Part shown: positions 1-9,463 of the stretch, in pieces
How the letters are laid out: every line of letters begins with the position of its first letter
How positions within the stretch are numbered: the first letter of the stretch is position 1
Assembly (NCBI GenBank): GCA_019415505.1
Contig: DXZC01000024.1
Location: 1-20,145 of the forward strand
Length of the DNA stretch: 20,145 nucleotides
Source: Peptococcaceae bacterium
GTDB taxonomy: Bacteria > Bacillota > Dehalobacteriia > UBA7702
Reading direction: 5' to 3'
Made by a program: the position numbers and the translations under genes
Notes under the pieces: model-generated
Database searches by the model: none
What the model was told of the DNA's origin: nothing
The model's input: the letters and a program-made list of their open reading frames with translations, nothing else

Positions 1-154
1 ATATTATATAAGAAAAAAATAGATTTGTCTATGTAATTTTCTGGCCAAAATACGGCCTGGCTGTAGCCTGGCGCATTAAGTAATTTTTCCGGGTAACGCA
101 TATTTAGGCCGGGTAGTCCAGTATGATAAAGGTAAGGTGGAAAGGAGTGAAATT

Positions 155-439
155 ATGTCCAAAAAAGAATTATTCCGCGCTGCGGTTGCCGATACGTTGG
201 AGCTGCCCGGTGATATTGTGGCTGGGTTACCCCGCCTGGTTATCACAGGCCGGGAAAGTATTCTGCTGGAAAATCACGGCGGTATTGTCCACTATGATGA
301 AGGCCGGCTGGTGGTAAGTTACGCTGGCGGTTATTTAGAGGTTAGAGGCGAAAACCTAGTTTTACCTTTACTGCGCAGCGATATCCTGGCAGTGGAGGGA
401 AATTTGCTTTCCTTAGGTTTTACATCTGGTAGGGAGTGA
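155..439 (+). CDS. yqfC: YqfC-family sporulation protein (YabP/YqfC superfamily)
   Basis: About 94 aa from the ATG at 155, with SD AAAGGAG (141-147) 7 nt upstream; the ORF-track GTG at 137 has no SD. The small size, the sequence (...LELPGDIVAGLPRLVITG...LENHGGIVHYDE...) and the position directly upstream of yqfD fit the family. Stop TGA at 437-439. Confidence 0.8.
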   Translation: MSKKELFRAAVADTLELPGDIVAGLPRLVITGRESILLENHGGIVHYDEGRLVVSYAGGYLEVRGENLVLPLLRSDILAVEGNLLSLGFTSGRE

Positions 440-441
440 CT

Positions 442-1635
442 ATGGGTATTAATAATTTTATTACTGGTTATGCTGTTATTAATATCAAAGGCGAAAATAT
501 AGAAGCCTTTGCTAACAGCGCTCTGGCGAGGGATATTACTATCAGGGGCTTAAAGCCGGGGGATAATGGTTACCGGGGTACGGTGGATGTGAAAAAATTG
601 GCGGAGTTGAGGTATTTGGCCCACCTCAACGCCGTGTATTTTACCGTGGTGAGCATTGGCGGCATGCCTAAATTTATCCGCTCCCTCAAGGCTTACCGGG
701 TACCTGCCCTTATTTTTGGTCTGACCCTCATCTTTTTAGTGTTTTATTGCCAGTGTATTTTAGGGGTACGGGTAGATACGGACGGCGATATTACCGCCTC
801 GGAGGAGGCCCGAATCTTATCCCTGGCAGAGGATTACGGTATTGCTCCGGGGATTTGGCGCCGCCATATAGACTGGGACGCCGCCGCCCATGCCATAATG
901 TCCCAATACTCTAACTTAGCCTGGGTGGGTTTTGAACGCAGCGGTGTAATTCTCACTGTGGAAATAGTGGCCAAGGATGTTAAGGACCCAGAGGCCGCCG
1001 TCCCAGGCGATGTGGTGGCCAACAAGGATGGGGTGATAAAATCGCTGTTAGTCCTTAATGGCCAGGCTAGGGTAGAGGTGGAAACCCCGGTAAAAAAGGG
1101 CGAGGTAATTATCAGCGGGGAGATATACTATTTGGACCCGGAGGGTAACACGGTCTCAGAACCCTCACAGGTACATGCCAAGGGCTTAGTGGAGGCGGCG
1201 GTGTGGTATACCGGTGAAGCTAGCGTAGCTTTAAAAAGGGTTGAGCCTGTTGCTACCGGACGTAAAAGCCAAACTGTAGTGCTGAACTGGCAGGGACAGG
1301 ATTATATGCTGTGGGGCGGCGAGGACCCCGGTTATGAGGATTGGCAAACAACGGAAAAAACCTTAAAAATATCGGAGAGTTTAAACTTTACCACTTTTCG
1401 CCAGGTGGAAGTAACGCCTAAGGTAGTTGAATCCAGCCAGGAAGAAGCCTTAACCGCCGCGAAAAAACAGGCTTACGCCGCTGCCATTGAGTCCATACCC
1501 AAGAAAGGGGAAATCGTGGATAAACAGGTGGAAATCTTGGACGACGCCGGGGAAAGCGGTAAGGTACGGGTGCGCGTAACTGTGGAAACCAGAGAGAGGA
1601 TAGGCAAATTCCAAGGTTTTACAGGTAATTTTTAA
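442..1635 (+). CDS. yqfD: Sporulation protein YqfD (stage IV sporulation membrane protein)
   Basis: 397 aa from the ATG at 442, with SD AGGGAG (431-436). The N-terminus NNFITGYAVINIKGENIEAF is typical of YqfD. A central hydrophobic segment (ALIFGLTLIFLVFY) and conserved yqfC-yqfD-phoH synteny support the call. Confidence 0.85.
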   Translation: MGINNFITGYAVINIKGENIEAFANSALARDITIRGLKPGDNGYRGTVDVKKLAELRYLAHLNAVYFTVVSIGGMPKFIRSLKAYRVPALIFGLTLIFLVFYCQCILGVRVDTDGDITASEEARILSLAEDYGIAPGIWRRHIDWDAAAHAIMSQYSNLAWVGFERSGVILTVEIVAKDVKDPEAAVPGDVVANKDGVIKSLLVLNGQARVEVETPVKKGEVIISGEIYYLDPEGNTVSEPSQVHAKGLVEAAVWYTGEASVALKRVEPVATGRKSQTVVLNWQGQDYMLWGGEDPGYEDWQTTEKTLKISESLNFTTFRQVEVTPKVVESSQEEALTAAKKQAYAAAIESIPKKGEIVDKQVEILDDAGESGKVRVRVTVETRERIGKFQGFTGNF

Positions 1636-1642
1636 ATTATTG

Positions 1643-1671
1643 TTGAGAATTTTCCGGAAAGAGGGTATAAT
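1643..1671 (+). promoter_or_regulatory. Sigma-A-type promoter candidate for phoH-pgpH-ybeY-dgkA
   Basis: TTGAGA (1643-1648), exactly 17 nt of spacer, then TATAAT (1666-1671), about 65 nt upstream of the phoH ATG. Confidence 0.45.
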
Positions 1672-1735
1672 AATATATTGAATTACAAAATGGTAAATTA
1701 GACAATTTATCCCAACTGGAGGCTCCCATTTCTCT

Positions 1736-2698
1736 ATGAAAGAAACTAAAATTTCCTTAGGCGACGATGCTACCGCCGCTGTGGTTTTGGGTCAACGAGA
1801 TGTTAATTTAAATCTGTTGGAACAAAAATTACCAGCCAGTATTATGGTCAGAGGCAATGAGGTGCATATTAACGGCGATTCTGGCCAACAGGCCCAGGCC
1901 CGCCATGTTTTTGAGCACTTAAAAACCTTAGCCGGCGCCCAGGTAGAAATAAATGAAAACGTGATAAATTACGCCATAGCCAGCGCCTCTGAAGGCGGCG
2001 GCCAGGTGGCGCGAACCCTAACTGGCAATGTTTACACCACCCCCCGGGGCAAGCAGATAAAACCGCGGACTATGGGGCAAAAAAAATATGTGGACGCCCT
2101 TAACCGCAACGATATAGTTTTTGCCATTGGCCCTGCCGGTACCGGCAAAACATACTTGGCTGTAGTTATGGCGGTGCTGGCCTTGAAGAAAAAAGAGGTG
2201 CGGCGGATAGTGCTTACCCGTCCCGCTGTGGAGGCCGGGGAAAAGCTGGGTTTTTTACCCGGCGATCTACAGGACAAGGTGGACCCTTATTTGCGCCCCC
2301 TCTACGATGGACTTTATGATATAATGGGGAGCGACGCTGCAGCTAAATTAATGGATAAAGGCATTATTGAGGTAGCGCCTCTCGCCTATATGCGGGGACG
2401 TACCCTTGACGACGCCTTCATCATCTTGGACGAGGCTCAGAATACTACGCCCCAGCAAATGAAGATGTTTCTCACCCGTATAGGTTTTGGTTCCAAGGCG
2501 GTAATTACCGGGGATATAACTCAAATTGATTTGTCTCCGGGGGAAAAATCCGGTTTGGTTCACGCTCAAAAGGTGTTGCATGAGGTACAAGGTATAGAAT
2601 TCTCCTATTTAAGTCATCTTGATGTGGTGCGCCATCCTTTGGTGCAAAAAATCATCAACGCTTACGAGCGGGAGGAAGTAAATGAAAAGACGCAGTAA
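1736..2698 (+). CDS. phoH: PhoH-family ATPase
   Basis: 320 aa with Walker A GPAGTGKT, Walker B-like FIILDEAQN and the ITGDITQIDL motif, all typical of PhoH. Conserved position before the 7TM-HD gene and ybeY. Confidence 0.9.
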   Translation: MKETKISLGDDATAAVVLGQRDVNLNLLEQKLPASIMVRGNEVHINGDSGQQAQARHVFEHLKTLAGAQVEINENVINYAIASASEGGGQVARTLTGNVYTTPRGKQIKPRTMGQKKYVDALNRNDIVFAIGPAGTGKTYLAVVMAVLALKKKEVRRIVLTRPAVEAGEKLGFLPGDLQDKVDPYLRPLYDGLYDIMGSDAAAKLMDKGIIEVAPLAYMRGRTLDDAFIILDEAQNTTPQQMKMFLTRIGFGSKAVITGDITQIDLSPGEKSGLVHAQKVLHEVQGIEFSYLSHLDVVRHPLVQKIINAYEREEVNEKTQ

Positions 2699-5111
2699 TT
2701 CCCTGTTGTCCCGAAGTAAGGTTATATCAAAAAAGGACGCGGCTAGGCTAAAAAAGGATTATGTCTGGCTATGGTGGCTGGCCATGGTGGTATTTACCGC
2801 CTTTATTCTTATGGTACCCGCTTTTGGCAGCGGCGACAGCTATGAAGTAGGGGAAATATGTGATAATACCATCTATTATGAAGGCAACACTATTTCCTAT
2901 ATGAGCGAAGTTAAATACCAACAGGCCAAAGAAGCGGTAGAAGAACAAGTAAGCCGAGTTTATGTCCTGGATGAAAACAAGCTGCCGGAAGCTAAGAATA
3001 AGATCTCCGCTGCCGCTAATGGTATAATTGACATAAAAAACAATGAATCCGAGGATCATACCGAATTATACAAAAGCTTTTTAGGGGATAACTATAGCCA
3101 AGAGCTGGCGGATGATTTGGAGAACCTGGATGTTTCCCGCCTTAGTGAACTGGCTTTGGCGGCTAATTCTTTCCTGGACAAGTATTACGCCACCGGCGTT
3201 AAAGAAAGCGATATGACCGTGTTCCTCGATGAGATAAACAGTTTGATTGAGGAAGGGGAATACAGTGAAGCTGAAAGGGCGGTTCTGCATTATTTTATTA
3301 ATGTCGCCCAGCTCACGCCTAATAATATTTATGATAGTAAAGCCACAGAGGCTATTATTGCCGCTCGGCAAGGCGAGCTGAACCCCATAGAAGTAACGGT
3401 GCGGCCCGGTCAAATTGTGGTGCAAAGGGGTACGGCAATTACCGAGGAACAAGTTGAAATGCTGGACAAGACCGGTCTTTTGACTGTAAGTAAGAGTAAG
3501 CTCTATTATCCTGGTATAGTCATACTCACTGTTATGCTGTATTTCCTAATGTACATTTATACCCGCCGTTTTTTCCCTGATTATGCCTATGATAAGCAGG
3601 GTGTACGGCTGTTGGCGACCTTTATGGTGTTCTTCCTTCTGGTTTGCCAGGGCATTATGATGTTTACCTCCAGTATGACAGGTCTGCTATACAGCGTATT
3701 GGGTTATCTCTTACCCTTGCCGGCTTTGGCCATACTTTTTGCTACCCTAACTAACCAGCGGTTTTCCTATTTTATTGTAGTTGTAACCTCTATATTTGTC
3801 TTTATACTCAGCTTAAATCAGCCCGCTTATGGCGTGGTAGCTTTGGTCAGCTCCCTTTACACTGTCCATATTGTGGGACGAATACGCGAACGCTACCAGC
3901 TCATTACCTTTGGTTTTTATATAGGGCTTTTTAATGTTATCAGCATTGTCGGCCTGGGTTTTGTCGGCGGACAAAATACAACCACTTTGATTGTGGGCGC
4001 GGTGGTAGGTATGCTATCCGGCTTTTTCTCCTCTTTACTGGCTTTAGGGGTGTTGCCTTTAGCGGAAACATTCTTTAAGGCTACCACTCCCATGAAGCTG
4101 TTGGAGTTGGCTAATCCCGGCCACCCTTTAATAAAACGGTTAATGACCGAAGCGCCGGGCACATACTACCACAGTGTGCTGGTTGGTAATTTGGCGGAGG
4201 TTGCCGCCGACGCCATAGGGGCTGATTCTAACCTGGTGCGGGTGGCTTCTTATTTCCATGATGTGGGTAAGCTGGAGCGGCCTAAATACTTTGTGGAGAA
4301 TCAGGAGCCAAACATGAATCCCCATGAAAAGCTCAACCCTTCCTTGAGTACGTTAATCATTATTTCCCACGTTAAAGACGGTGTGGAGATGGCGGAGGAT
4401 TACGCCCTCCCCCAAAGTGTGATCAATATTATTAATGAGCATCATGGCAACAGTGTGGTACAATACTTCTACCATAAGGCTAAGGCCAACGCCCACGGTG
4501 AGGACGTTAATATTGACGATTTTCGCTATCCTAATCCCAAGCCCCAATCTAAGGAAAGCGCTGTCGTTATGATGGCCGATAGCGTACAGGCAGCCTTGCA
4601 AAGCGTGACGCTGCACTCTAAGGGAGAGATGAAGGCAAAAATTCACGACATAATCCAGGGCCAGCTGGCGGCAGGACAGTTTGAAGAATGCGACCTAACC
4701 TTTAGGGACTTACATAAGGTCCAGGAAGCCTTTTACTCAGTGCTGAGCGGTCTTTCCCACTACCGCATTGAGTATCCCAGTATGTCTGATTTAGATAAAA
4801 AACAACTGGTTAAGGAATTGGCGGCGAAAAAGAAAATTGCCCCCGATGAAGTGGAGGCTTTGGTTAAGGAAACCCCGGCAACCGACTGGATTAGCCCCGA
4901 GGTGGGTATTGCTGTGGAAATGGACGCCCCCAAGGGCGAAAAGGCGTTTACCGGTATCAGTATAGATGCTATTAGTAAAGCTAATTCTTTAATAGATAAA
5001 AATTTCAGCGAAATAGTTAAGGAGCAACAGGAGATTACTTCGGAAATAAAAGAGGACGCTATTAAAGAGACTAGGGAGACTGGCGAAAATGAAGATAGAG
5101 ATACGCAGTAA
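2682..5111 (+). CDS. pgpH: 7TM receptor with intracellular HD hydrolase domain (YqfF/PgpH-type cyclic-di-AMP phosphodiesterase family)
   Basis: 809 aa with an N-terminal signal/TM segment, an extracytoplasmic domain, and multiple hydrophobic helices at about aa 285-470. The HD domain reads [34 protein letters not shown]...INEHHG. The 5' end overlaps the phoH stop. It carries about 90-100 aa of extra acidic C-terminal tail. Confidence 0.85.
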   Translation: MKRRSNSLLSRSKVISKKDAARLKKDYVWLWWLAMVVFTAFILMVPAFGSGDSYEVGEICDNTIYYEGNTISYMSEVKYQQAKEAVEEQVSRVYVLDENKLPEAKNKISAAANGIIDIKNNESEDHTELYKSFLGDNYSQELADDLENLDVSRLSELALAANSFLDKYYATGVKESDMTVFLDEINSLIEEGEYSEAERAVLHYFINVAQLTPNNIYDSKATEAIIAARQGELNPIEVTVRPGQIVVQRGTAITEEQVEMLDKTGLLTVSKSKLYYPGIVILTVMLYFLMYIYTRRFFPDYAYDKQGVRLLATFMVFFLLVCQGIMMFTSSMTGLLYSVLGYLLPLPALAILFATLTNQRFSYFIVVVTSIFVFILSLNQPAYGVVALVSSLYTVHIVGRIRERYQLITFGFYIGLFNVISIVGLGFVGGQNTTTLIVGAVVGMLSGFFSSLLALGVLPLAETFFKATTPMKLLELANPGHPLIKRLMTEAPGTYYHSVLVGNLAEVAADAIGADSNLVRVASYFHDVGKLERPKYFVENQEPNMNPHEKLNPSLSTLIIISHVKDGVEMAEDYALPQSVINIINEHHGNSVVQYFYHKAKANAHGEDVNIDDFRYPNPKPQSKESAVVMMADSVQAALQSVTLHSKGEMKAKIHDIIQGQLAAGQFEECDLTFRDLHKVQEAFYSVLSGLSHYRIEYPSMSDLDKKQLVKELAAKKKIAPDEVEALVKETPATDWISPEVGIAVEMDAPKGEKAFTGISIDAISKANSLIDKNFSEIVKEQQEITSEIKEDAIKETRETGENEDRDTQ

Positions 5112-5562
5112 TTTAGCTAATTTTCAGTTAAGTTATGGGGATATGGACCTTCTGGCTCAGGTCTTAAAAAGCGCGGCCCGCAGTGAGGGCAAGTCCCAAG
5201 GCACTGAGGTTTCCCTGTTATTTACTGATGACATTACTATCAGAAAATACAATAAAAAGTACCGGGGGCTTGATAAAGCTACCGATGTGCTTTCTTTCCC
5301 CCTGTTTGAAAAAGGCGAGGCGGTTAAATTCCCCGCCTTACCCGGTATGTCTAGGGTATCTTTGGGAGATATTATAATATCTTTAGAGCGCTGCGAAGAA
5401 CAAGCCCAGGAATATGCACATAGCTTCCAGCGAGAGCTTTGCTTTTTAGGGCTGCATGGTTTTTTGCATCTCTTAGGCTATGACCATGTCCTGCCGGAGG
5501 AGGCTGAAATCATGGAAGGGCTGGCGGAAAAATACTTGAACTCAATGGGGGTAGGGCGATGA
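5089..5562 (+). CDS. ybeY: Endoribonuclease YbeY (rRNA maturation factor)
   Basis: 157 aa with the zinc-binding signature [11 protein letters not shown]. Conserved phoH-yqfF-ybeY-dgkA order. Confidence 0.9.
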   Translation: MKIEIRSNLANFQLSYGDMDLLAQVLKSAARSEGKSQGTEVSLLFTDDITIRKYNKKYRGLDKATDVLSFPLFEKGEAVKFPALPGMSRVSLGDIIISLERCEEQAQEYAHSFQRELCFLGLHGFLHLLGYDHVLPEEAEIMEGLAEKYLNSMGVGR

Positions 5563-5927
5563 GAAAGACCAAAAACCTGGCTGAGAGCTTTTATCATGCC
5601 GGAGAGGGCCTCATTCATTGCTTGAAGCACGAGCGAAATATCCGCATCCATTTGACAATGGGCGTTATAGCCTTGATTCTAGGCTTCTGCTTGGGGATAA
5701 ATCACTATGAATTTTTAGTTTTATTGCTCTTAATCGGCGCTGTGATTGTCAGCGAAATGATTAACACAGCCATTGAAAACGTGGTGGATTTAGTGACCTC
5801 GGAGTTTCATCCCTTGGCCAAAATAGTCAAGGATATCACCGCCGGCGCTGTGATGTTTTCCTGTATCATAGCGGTGTGCATTGGTTTAATTATCTTTATT
5901 CCTCATATTGTGGAATTATTTACCTAA
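5559..5927 (+). CDS. dgkA: Diacylglycerol/undecaprenol kinase (DgkA family)
   Basis: 122 aa with three TM helices and the [10 protein letters not shown] motif typical of DgkA. The start overlaps the ybeY stop (ATGA). Confidence 0.85.
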   Translation: MRKTKNLAESFYHAGEGLIHCLKHERNIRIHLTMGVIALILGFCLGINHYEFLVLLLLIGAVIVSEMINTAIENVVDLVTSEFHPLAKIVKDITAGAVMFSCIIAVCIGLIIFIPHIVELFT

Positions 5928-5961
5928 AGATAGATAAACTAAGGAAAAAGGAGTGAAAAAA

Positions 5962-7032
5962 ATGAAAAAAAGCGCCAGAGTTTTACTGTTACTGGGTTTA
6001 CTGGTTCTGACCTCGACCCTGATGTTAACCGGTTGCGGCAAGAGCGACGGTGACGCTACAGAGCCGTCCCCTGAGGCGGTGGAGGAAACTATCTACTGTC
6101 CCCTCGACCATGAAGAATTAAGCGCCCTGCCGGAGAGGGTTTTTGCGGTATCCATTGACAATGGGGCCAAATCTGAGCCACAGTCCGGACTCAGTATTGC
6201 TGATACTGTTTTTGAGCTGCCGGTTGAGGGCGGTATTACCCGGTTTTTAGCGGTGTTTTACCATAATCAGCTTGATACTATTGGCCCAGTACGCAGCGCC
6301 AGGCATTATTATATAGATTTAGTTCAGTCCTTTAACGGTATTTATGTCCATTGCGGCGGCAGCTATATCGCGAAGGAAGCCCTGTCCGCCGGCGCTGTGG
6401 CGGATATTGATGAAATGGCCTATGGCTCCGAGTTTTGGCGTGATGATAAGCGTCAGAAGCCGACAAACCTTTATACGTCTTGGGAAAACCTCAATGGTAT
6501 AGCGGAAAGCAAAGATATGCCTTTAGCTGGCGATATAAGCGGTTTTACCTTCTATGAGGACGATGAGTCGCAAGGGTTAAGCCAGGGTGACGTTACCACC
6601 ATTGATATACCCTATACCTACAAGCCCGTATCATATACTTGGGACGCCAAAAGTGGCAGTTATTTGCGGTTTTCCAATGGTTCACCCCATATGGACGCCG
6701 CTAACGATACGCAAATATTTGCGGATAATGTTGTGGTTTTACGCAATGCTATTTCTGTGATTGACCCTAACAGCGGTATTTTAGATATGAGTTTTGTCGC
6801 TAACAGCGGTAGCGGCATATTATTCCAGAAGGGCAACGCCACACCCATTACCTGGTCCATGGGGCAAGAGTATTCGCCTCTGGTTTTAACCTTGGAGGAC
6901 GGTACTGAGGCCAAGCTGGCGCCGGGCAAAACCATATTCCAGGTAGTTGATGAGGATATGGCGGTTGATTATGGCGGCGCAGCTCCTGCTGAAGGTGACG
7001 CCCCAGATGAAGGCAACAACAGCCAGGAGTAA
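5962..7032 (+). CDS. DUF3048-domain lipoprotein (YerB-like)
   Basis: The signal peptide carries a lipobox (LMLTGC). The ATG at 5962 lies 8 nt after GGAG (5950-5953); the track's GTG at 5953 sits inside the SD. Sequence such as ...ITRFLAVFY...GPVRSARHYY... resembles the DUF3048 family as I recall it. Confidence 0.7.
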   Translation: MKKSARVLLLLGLLVLTSTLMLTGCGKSDGDATEPSPEAVEETIYCPLDHEELSALPERVFAVSIDNGAKSEPQSGLSIADTVFELPVEGGITRFLAVFYHNQLDTIGPVRSARHYYIDLVQSFNGIYVHCGGSYIAKEALSAGAVADIDEMAYGSEFWRDDKRQKPTNLYTSWENLNGIAESKDMPLAGDISGFTFYEDDESQGLSQGDVTTIDIPYTYKPVSYTWDAKSGSYLRFSNGSPHMDAANDTQIFADNVVVLRNAISVIDPNSGILDMSFVANSGSGILFQKGNATPITWSMGQEYSPLVLTLEDGTEAKLAPGKTIFQVVDEDMAVDYGGAAPAEGDAPDEGNNSQE

Positions 7033-7064
7033 GAGAAAGAGGATAAGGGGACATTATTAACGAT

Positions 7065-7967
7065 ATGGAAAAATTCCGTTCGGGCTTTGTGACAATAATT
7101 GGCCGGCCTAACGCCGGTAAAAGTACCTTGATGAACACCGTATTGGGGCAGAAAATTGCCATTGTATCAAATAAGCCCCAGACCACGCAAAATAAAATAC
7201 GGGGATTTTATACCTCCGATAGCGCTCAGATTATTTTTATCGATACCCCCGGTATTCACAAGCCCAAGCATAAGCTGGGAGAATTTATGGTGGAATCGGC
7301 TAAAAGCGCTCTAGGCGGAGTGGACGTAATATTTTATATAGTGGACGCTGGGGAGAAATTTGGCGGCGGCGAGGAGTACATCATAAAAACCCTGCCCAGT
7401 GACGCGCCGGTTTTTTTGCTGCTCAATAAAATAGATCTTTTGACTCAGGCTGAGCTTTTTCAGTTGGTGGATTTTTATAAGGATAAATTTGACTTTGCTG
7501 AAATAGTCCCCATTTCCGCCCTTAAAAGTACCAATGTGGAGCGGCTTTTGGACACGGTTATAAAATACTTGCCAGAGGGTCCCTGCTATTATCCTGACGA
7601 TATGGTGACGGATCAGCCGGAACGGGCAATAATGGCGGAAATTATTCGGGAAAAGGTTTTAGAACTCACTGAGGACGAGGTGCCCCACGCTGTGGCTGTA
7701 GAAATGCAGGAAGTAAAAGAGCGGCCAGGGGGTAAGGTATATGCCAATGCTACCATTTATGTGGAGCGGGAATCGCAAAAGGGCATTATTATTGGCAAAA
7801 ACGGCGTTAAATTAAAGGAAATAGGCCGTCGCGCCCGGCTGGAGATGGAAAGGGCCTTGGGCTCCTCCTTTTATTTGGAGCTTTGGGTTAAAGTGAAAAA
7901 AGATTGGCGCAATAAAGAAATTTATTTGCGGAATTTTGGTTTTGATAAACGGCAAATAGAGGATTAA
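7065..7967 (+). CDS. era: GTPase Era
   Basis: 300 aa with G1 GRPNAGKST, G3 DTPG and G4 NKID, and a C-terminal KH domain (ESQKGIIIGKNG). Confidence 0.95.
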   Translation: MEKFRSGFVTIIGRPNAGKSTLMNTVLGQKIAIVSNKPQTTQNKIRGFYTSDSAQIIFIDTPGIHKPKHKLGEFMVESAKSALGGVDVIFYIVDAGEKFGGGEEYIIKTLPSDAPVFLLLNKIDLLTQAELFQLVDFYKDKFDFAEIVPISALKSTNVERLLDTVIKYLPEGPCYYPDDMVTDQPERAIMAEIIREKVLELTEDEVPHAVAVEMQEVKERPGGKVYANATIYVERESQKGIIIGKNGVKLKEIGRRARLEMERALGSSFYLELWVKVKKDWRNKEIYLRNFGFDKRQIED

Positions 7968-8005
7968 AGCTGTTAACTGAATGTTTGAGTAAGGAAGGTG
8001 AGATA

Positions 8006-8080
8006 ATGGACGGCGTCCCTCGATGGTGCAAGAGCGTAAATACAGTAGAAGAAAATACGGGGGACCTGCGCCCCCGTTAA
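8006..8080 (+). CDS. Candidate 24-codon upstream ORF / leader peptide of mgtE (MDGVPRWCKSVNTVEENTGDLRPR)
   Basis: ATG at 8006 is preceded by a strong SD AAGGAAGGTGAG (7991-8002). The TAA at 8078-8080 lies between the C5 tract and the mgtE SD. It is too short for the ORF track and I recognise no homolog. Confidence 0.35.
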   Translation: MDGVPRWCKSVNTVEENTGDLRPR

Positions 8081-8087
8081 AAGGGGG
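8057..8087 (+). promoter_or_regulatory. Mutually exclusive hairpins involving the mgtE ribosome-binding site
   Basis: ACGGGGG (8057-8063) can pair with CCCCCGT (8071-8077). The same CCCCC (8071-8075) can instead pair with GGGGG (8083-8087), which is the only SD-like element before the mgtE ATG at 8093. Confidence 0.4.
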
Positions 8088-8092
8088 TTATT

Positions 8093-9463
8093 ATGAATTT
8101 AAAAGAAAAAATGGAACGCCTGGAACCCTTTATTTTAACTAGGGATTATCCGGGCATTGCCGCAGTTTTGGCGCCCTCGGCGCCAATTGACATCGCCGCT
8201 GTTCTGGGTGAGCTGGATGAGGATTTTATCTCTTCGGTTTTACAGTATCTCCCCTCGGACATTACTGGCGAGGTTTTGAGTCATTTAGAACCGGAATTGG
8301 TGCCCCAAATTATGCGGGATTTAGGCGATGAAAAAAGCGCCGCCATTCTGGAAACCATGTTTTCCGACGACGTAGCCGACATTCTTGGTGAGTTAAGCGT
8401 CCATGAGCAGAACGAAGTCTTTGAATTGATGGAAGACGAGGATGTGGAGGACGTTAAGGGCCTGTTGGTATATCCTGAGGATACTGCTGGCTCCATTATG
8501 ACCACGGAGTTTGTGGCCCTGAATAAAAATGTTTCCACCGAAGAGGCTATAAATATTTTGCGGGAGAAATCTCCCTCCGCGGAAACTGTGTATTATGTGT
8601 ATGTAATAGATGATGATGATGTTTTAGTGGGTGTTCTTTCCCTGCGTGATTTGATTGTAACGCCGCCAAACTGGACGGTGGAGCACATAATGCATACTAG
8701 GGTAAAATATGTTACTGATTACATGGACCAGGAGGAAGTGGCTAATTTAGTATCTCGCTATGATATTATGGCCGTACCGGTTGTGGATAAAGAACACCGT
8801 TTAGTGGGGATTATTACCGTGGATGACGTGTTAGACGTTATTCAAGAAGAGGCTACCGAGGACGTTCTGCGTATGGCTGGCGTTCATGAAGATGAATTAG
8901 ACGAGGATGAATCCTTTGGCGAAAAAGTAATTACTTCCGTGAAGTCACGTCTGCCCTGGCTGGTTCTCACCTTATTTGGCGGTATACTTTCCGGTATTAT
9001 AATTGGTAATTTAGAGAGTGAGTTACAAGCTGTGGTAGCCCTATCTTACTTCATACCGCTTTTATGCGGCATGGGGGGGAGCACGGGGACCCAAAGCTCC
9101 ACTGTTACAGTGCGCGGTATTTCCACCGGCCAGTTAGACGCCTCGGAGTTTTTCACCAATATTTTTCGGGAATCCTGCGTGGGCTTTATTGTGGGCGGGT
9201 TCTGCGCCCTGGTATTAGCGTCGATAACTTATGTTTGGCAGGGCAGCGTTATTCTCGGTTTGTTAGTTGGCCTTACCTTGATATGTAATATGGTGTTGGC
9301 GGCGGCTATTGGCACTTTGGTACCCTTGGCTCTGAAAAAGTTTGGCGCTGACCCAGCTGTGGCCTCAGCACCCTTTATCAGCACCAGTATAGATGTTATT
9401 GGCCTGATAATTTATTCGATATTGGCATACCTCTTTATGCCCTTACTTTTGGGGATAGCATAA
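8093..9463 (+). CDS. mgtE: Magnesium transporter MgtE
   Basis: 456 aa with an acidic N-domain, tandem CBS domains (...VYVIDDDDVLVGVLSLRDL... and ...VPVVDKEHRLVGIITVDDV...), and a C-terminal 5-TM MgtE domain (GMGGSTGTQSS...PFISTSIDVIGL). Confidence 0.93.
   Translation: MNLKEKMERLEPFILTRDYPGIAAVLAPSAPIDIAAVLGELDEDFISSVLQYLPSDITGEVLSHLEPELVPQIMRDLGDEKSAAILETMFSDDVADILGELSVHEQNEVFELMEDEDVEDVKGLLVYPEDTAGSIMTTEFVALNKNVSTEEAINILREKSPSAETVYYVYVIDDDDVLVGVLSLRDLIVTPPNWTVEHIMHTRVKYVTDYMDQEEVANLVSRYDIMAVPVVDKEHRLVGIITVDDVLDVIQEEATEDVLRMAGVHEDELDEDESFGEKVITSVKSRLPWLVLTLFGGILSGIIIGNLESELQAVVALSYFIPLLCGMGGSTGTQSSTVTVRGISTGQLDASEFFTNIFRESCVGFIVGGFCALVLASITYVWQGSVILGLLVGLTLICNMVLAAAIGTLVPLALKKFGADPAVASAPFISTSIDVIGLIIYSILAYLFMPLLLGIA

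Noticed and set aside
98-128. Sigma-E-type promoter upstream of yqfC (GCATATT at 98-104, followed about 15 nt later by CAGTATGAT).
   Set aside because: The -35-like element is decent, but the -10 region matches CATACA-T at only about half its positions. That is too weak to call without a scoring matrix.
137-5955. Upstream alternative starts used by the ORF track (GTG 137 for yqfC, GTG 436 for yqfD, GTG 5953 for DUF3048, GTG 19933 for glmM, and ATG 17722 for the DUF881 gene).
   Set aside because: In each case a downstream ATG or TTG has a properly spaced Shine-Dalgarno sequence. The upstream codon either lies within that SD or creates a long overlap with the preceding gene.
7968-8092. Canonical M-box (ykoK-type) Mg2+ riboswitch upstream of mgtE.
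   Set aside because: The era-mgtE gap is only 125 nt, against roughly 160 nt for an M-box. Apart from a vague AAGGTGAG I cannot find the conserved M-box blocks I remember. It is reported instead as an unclassified leader with an upstream ORF and alternative hairpins.
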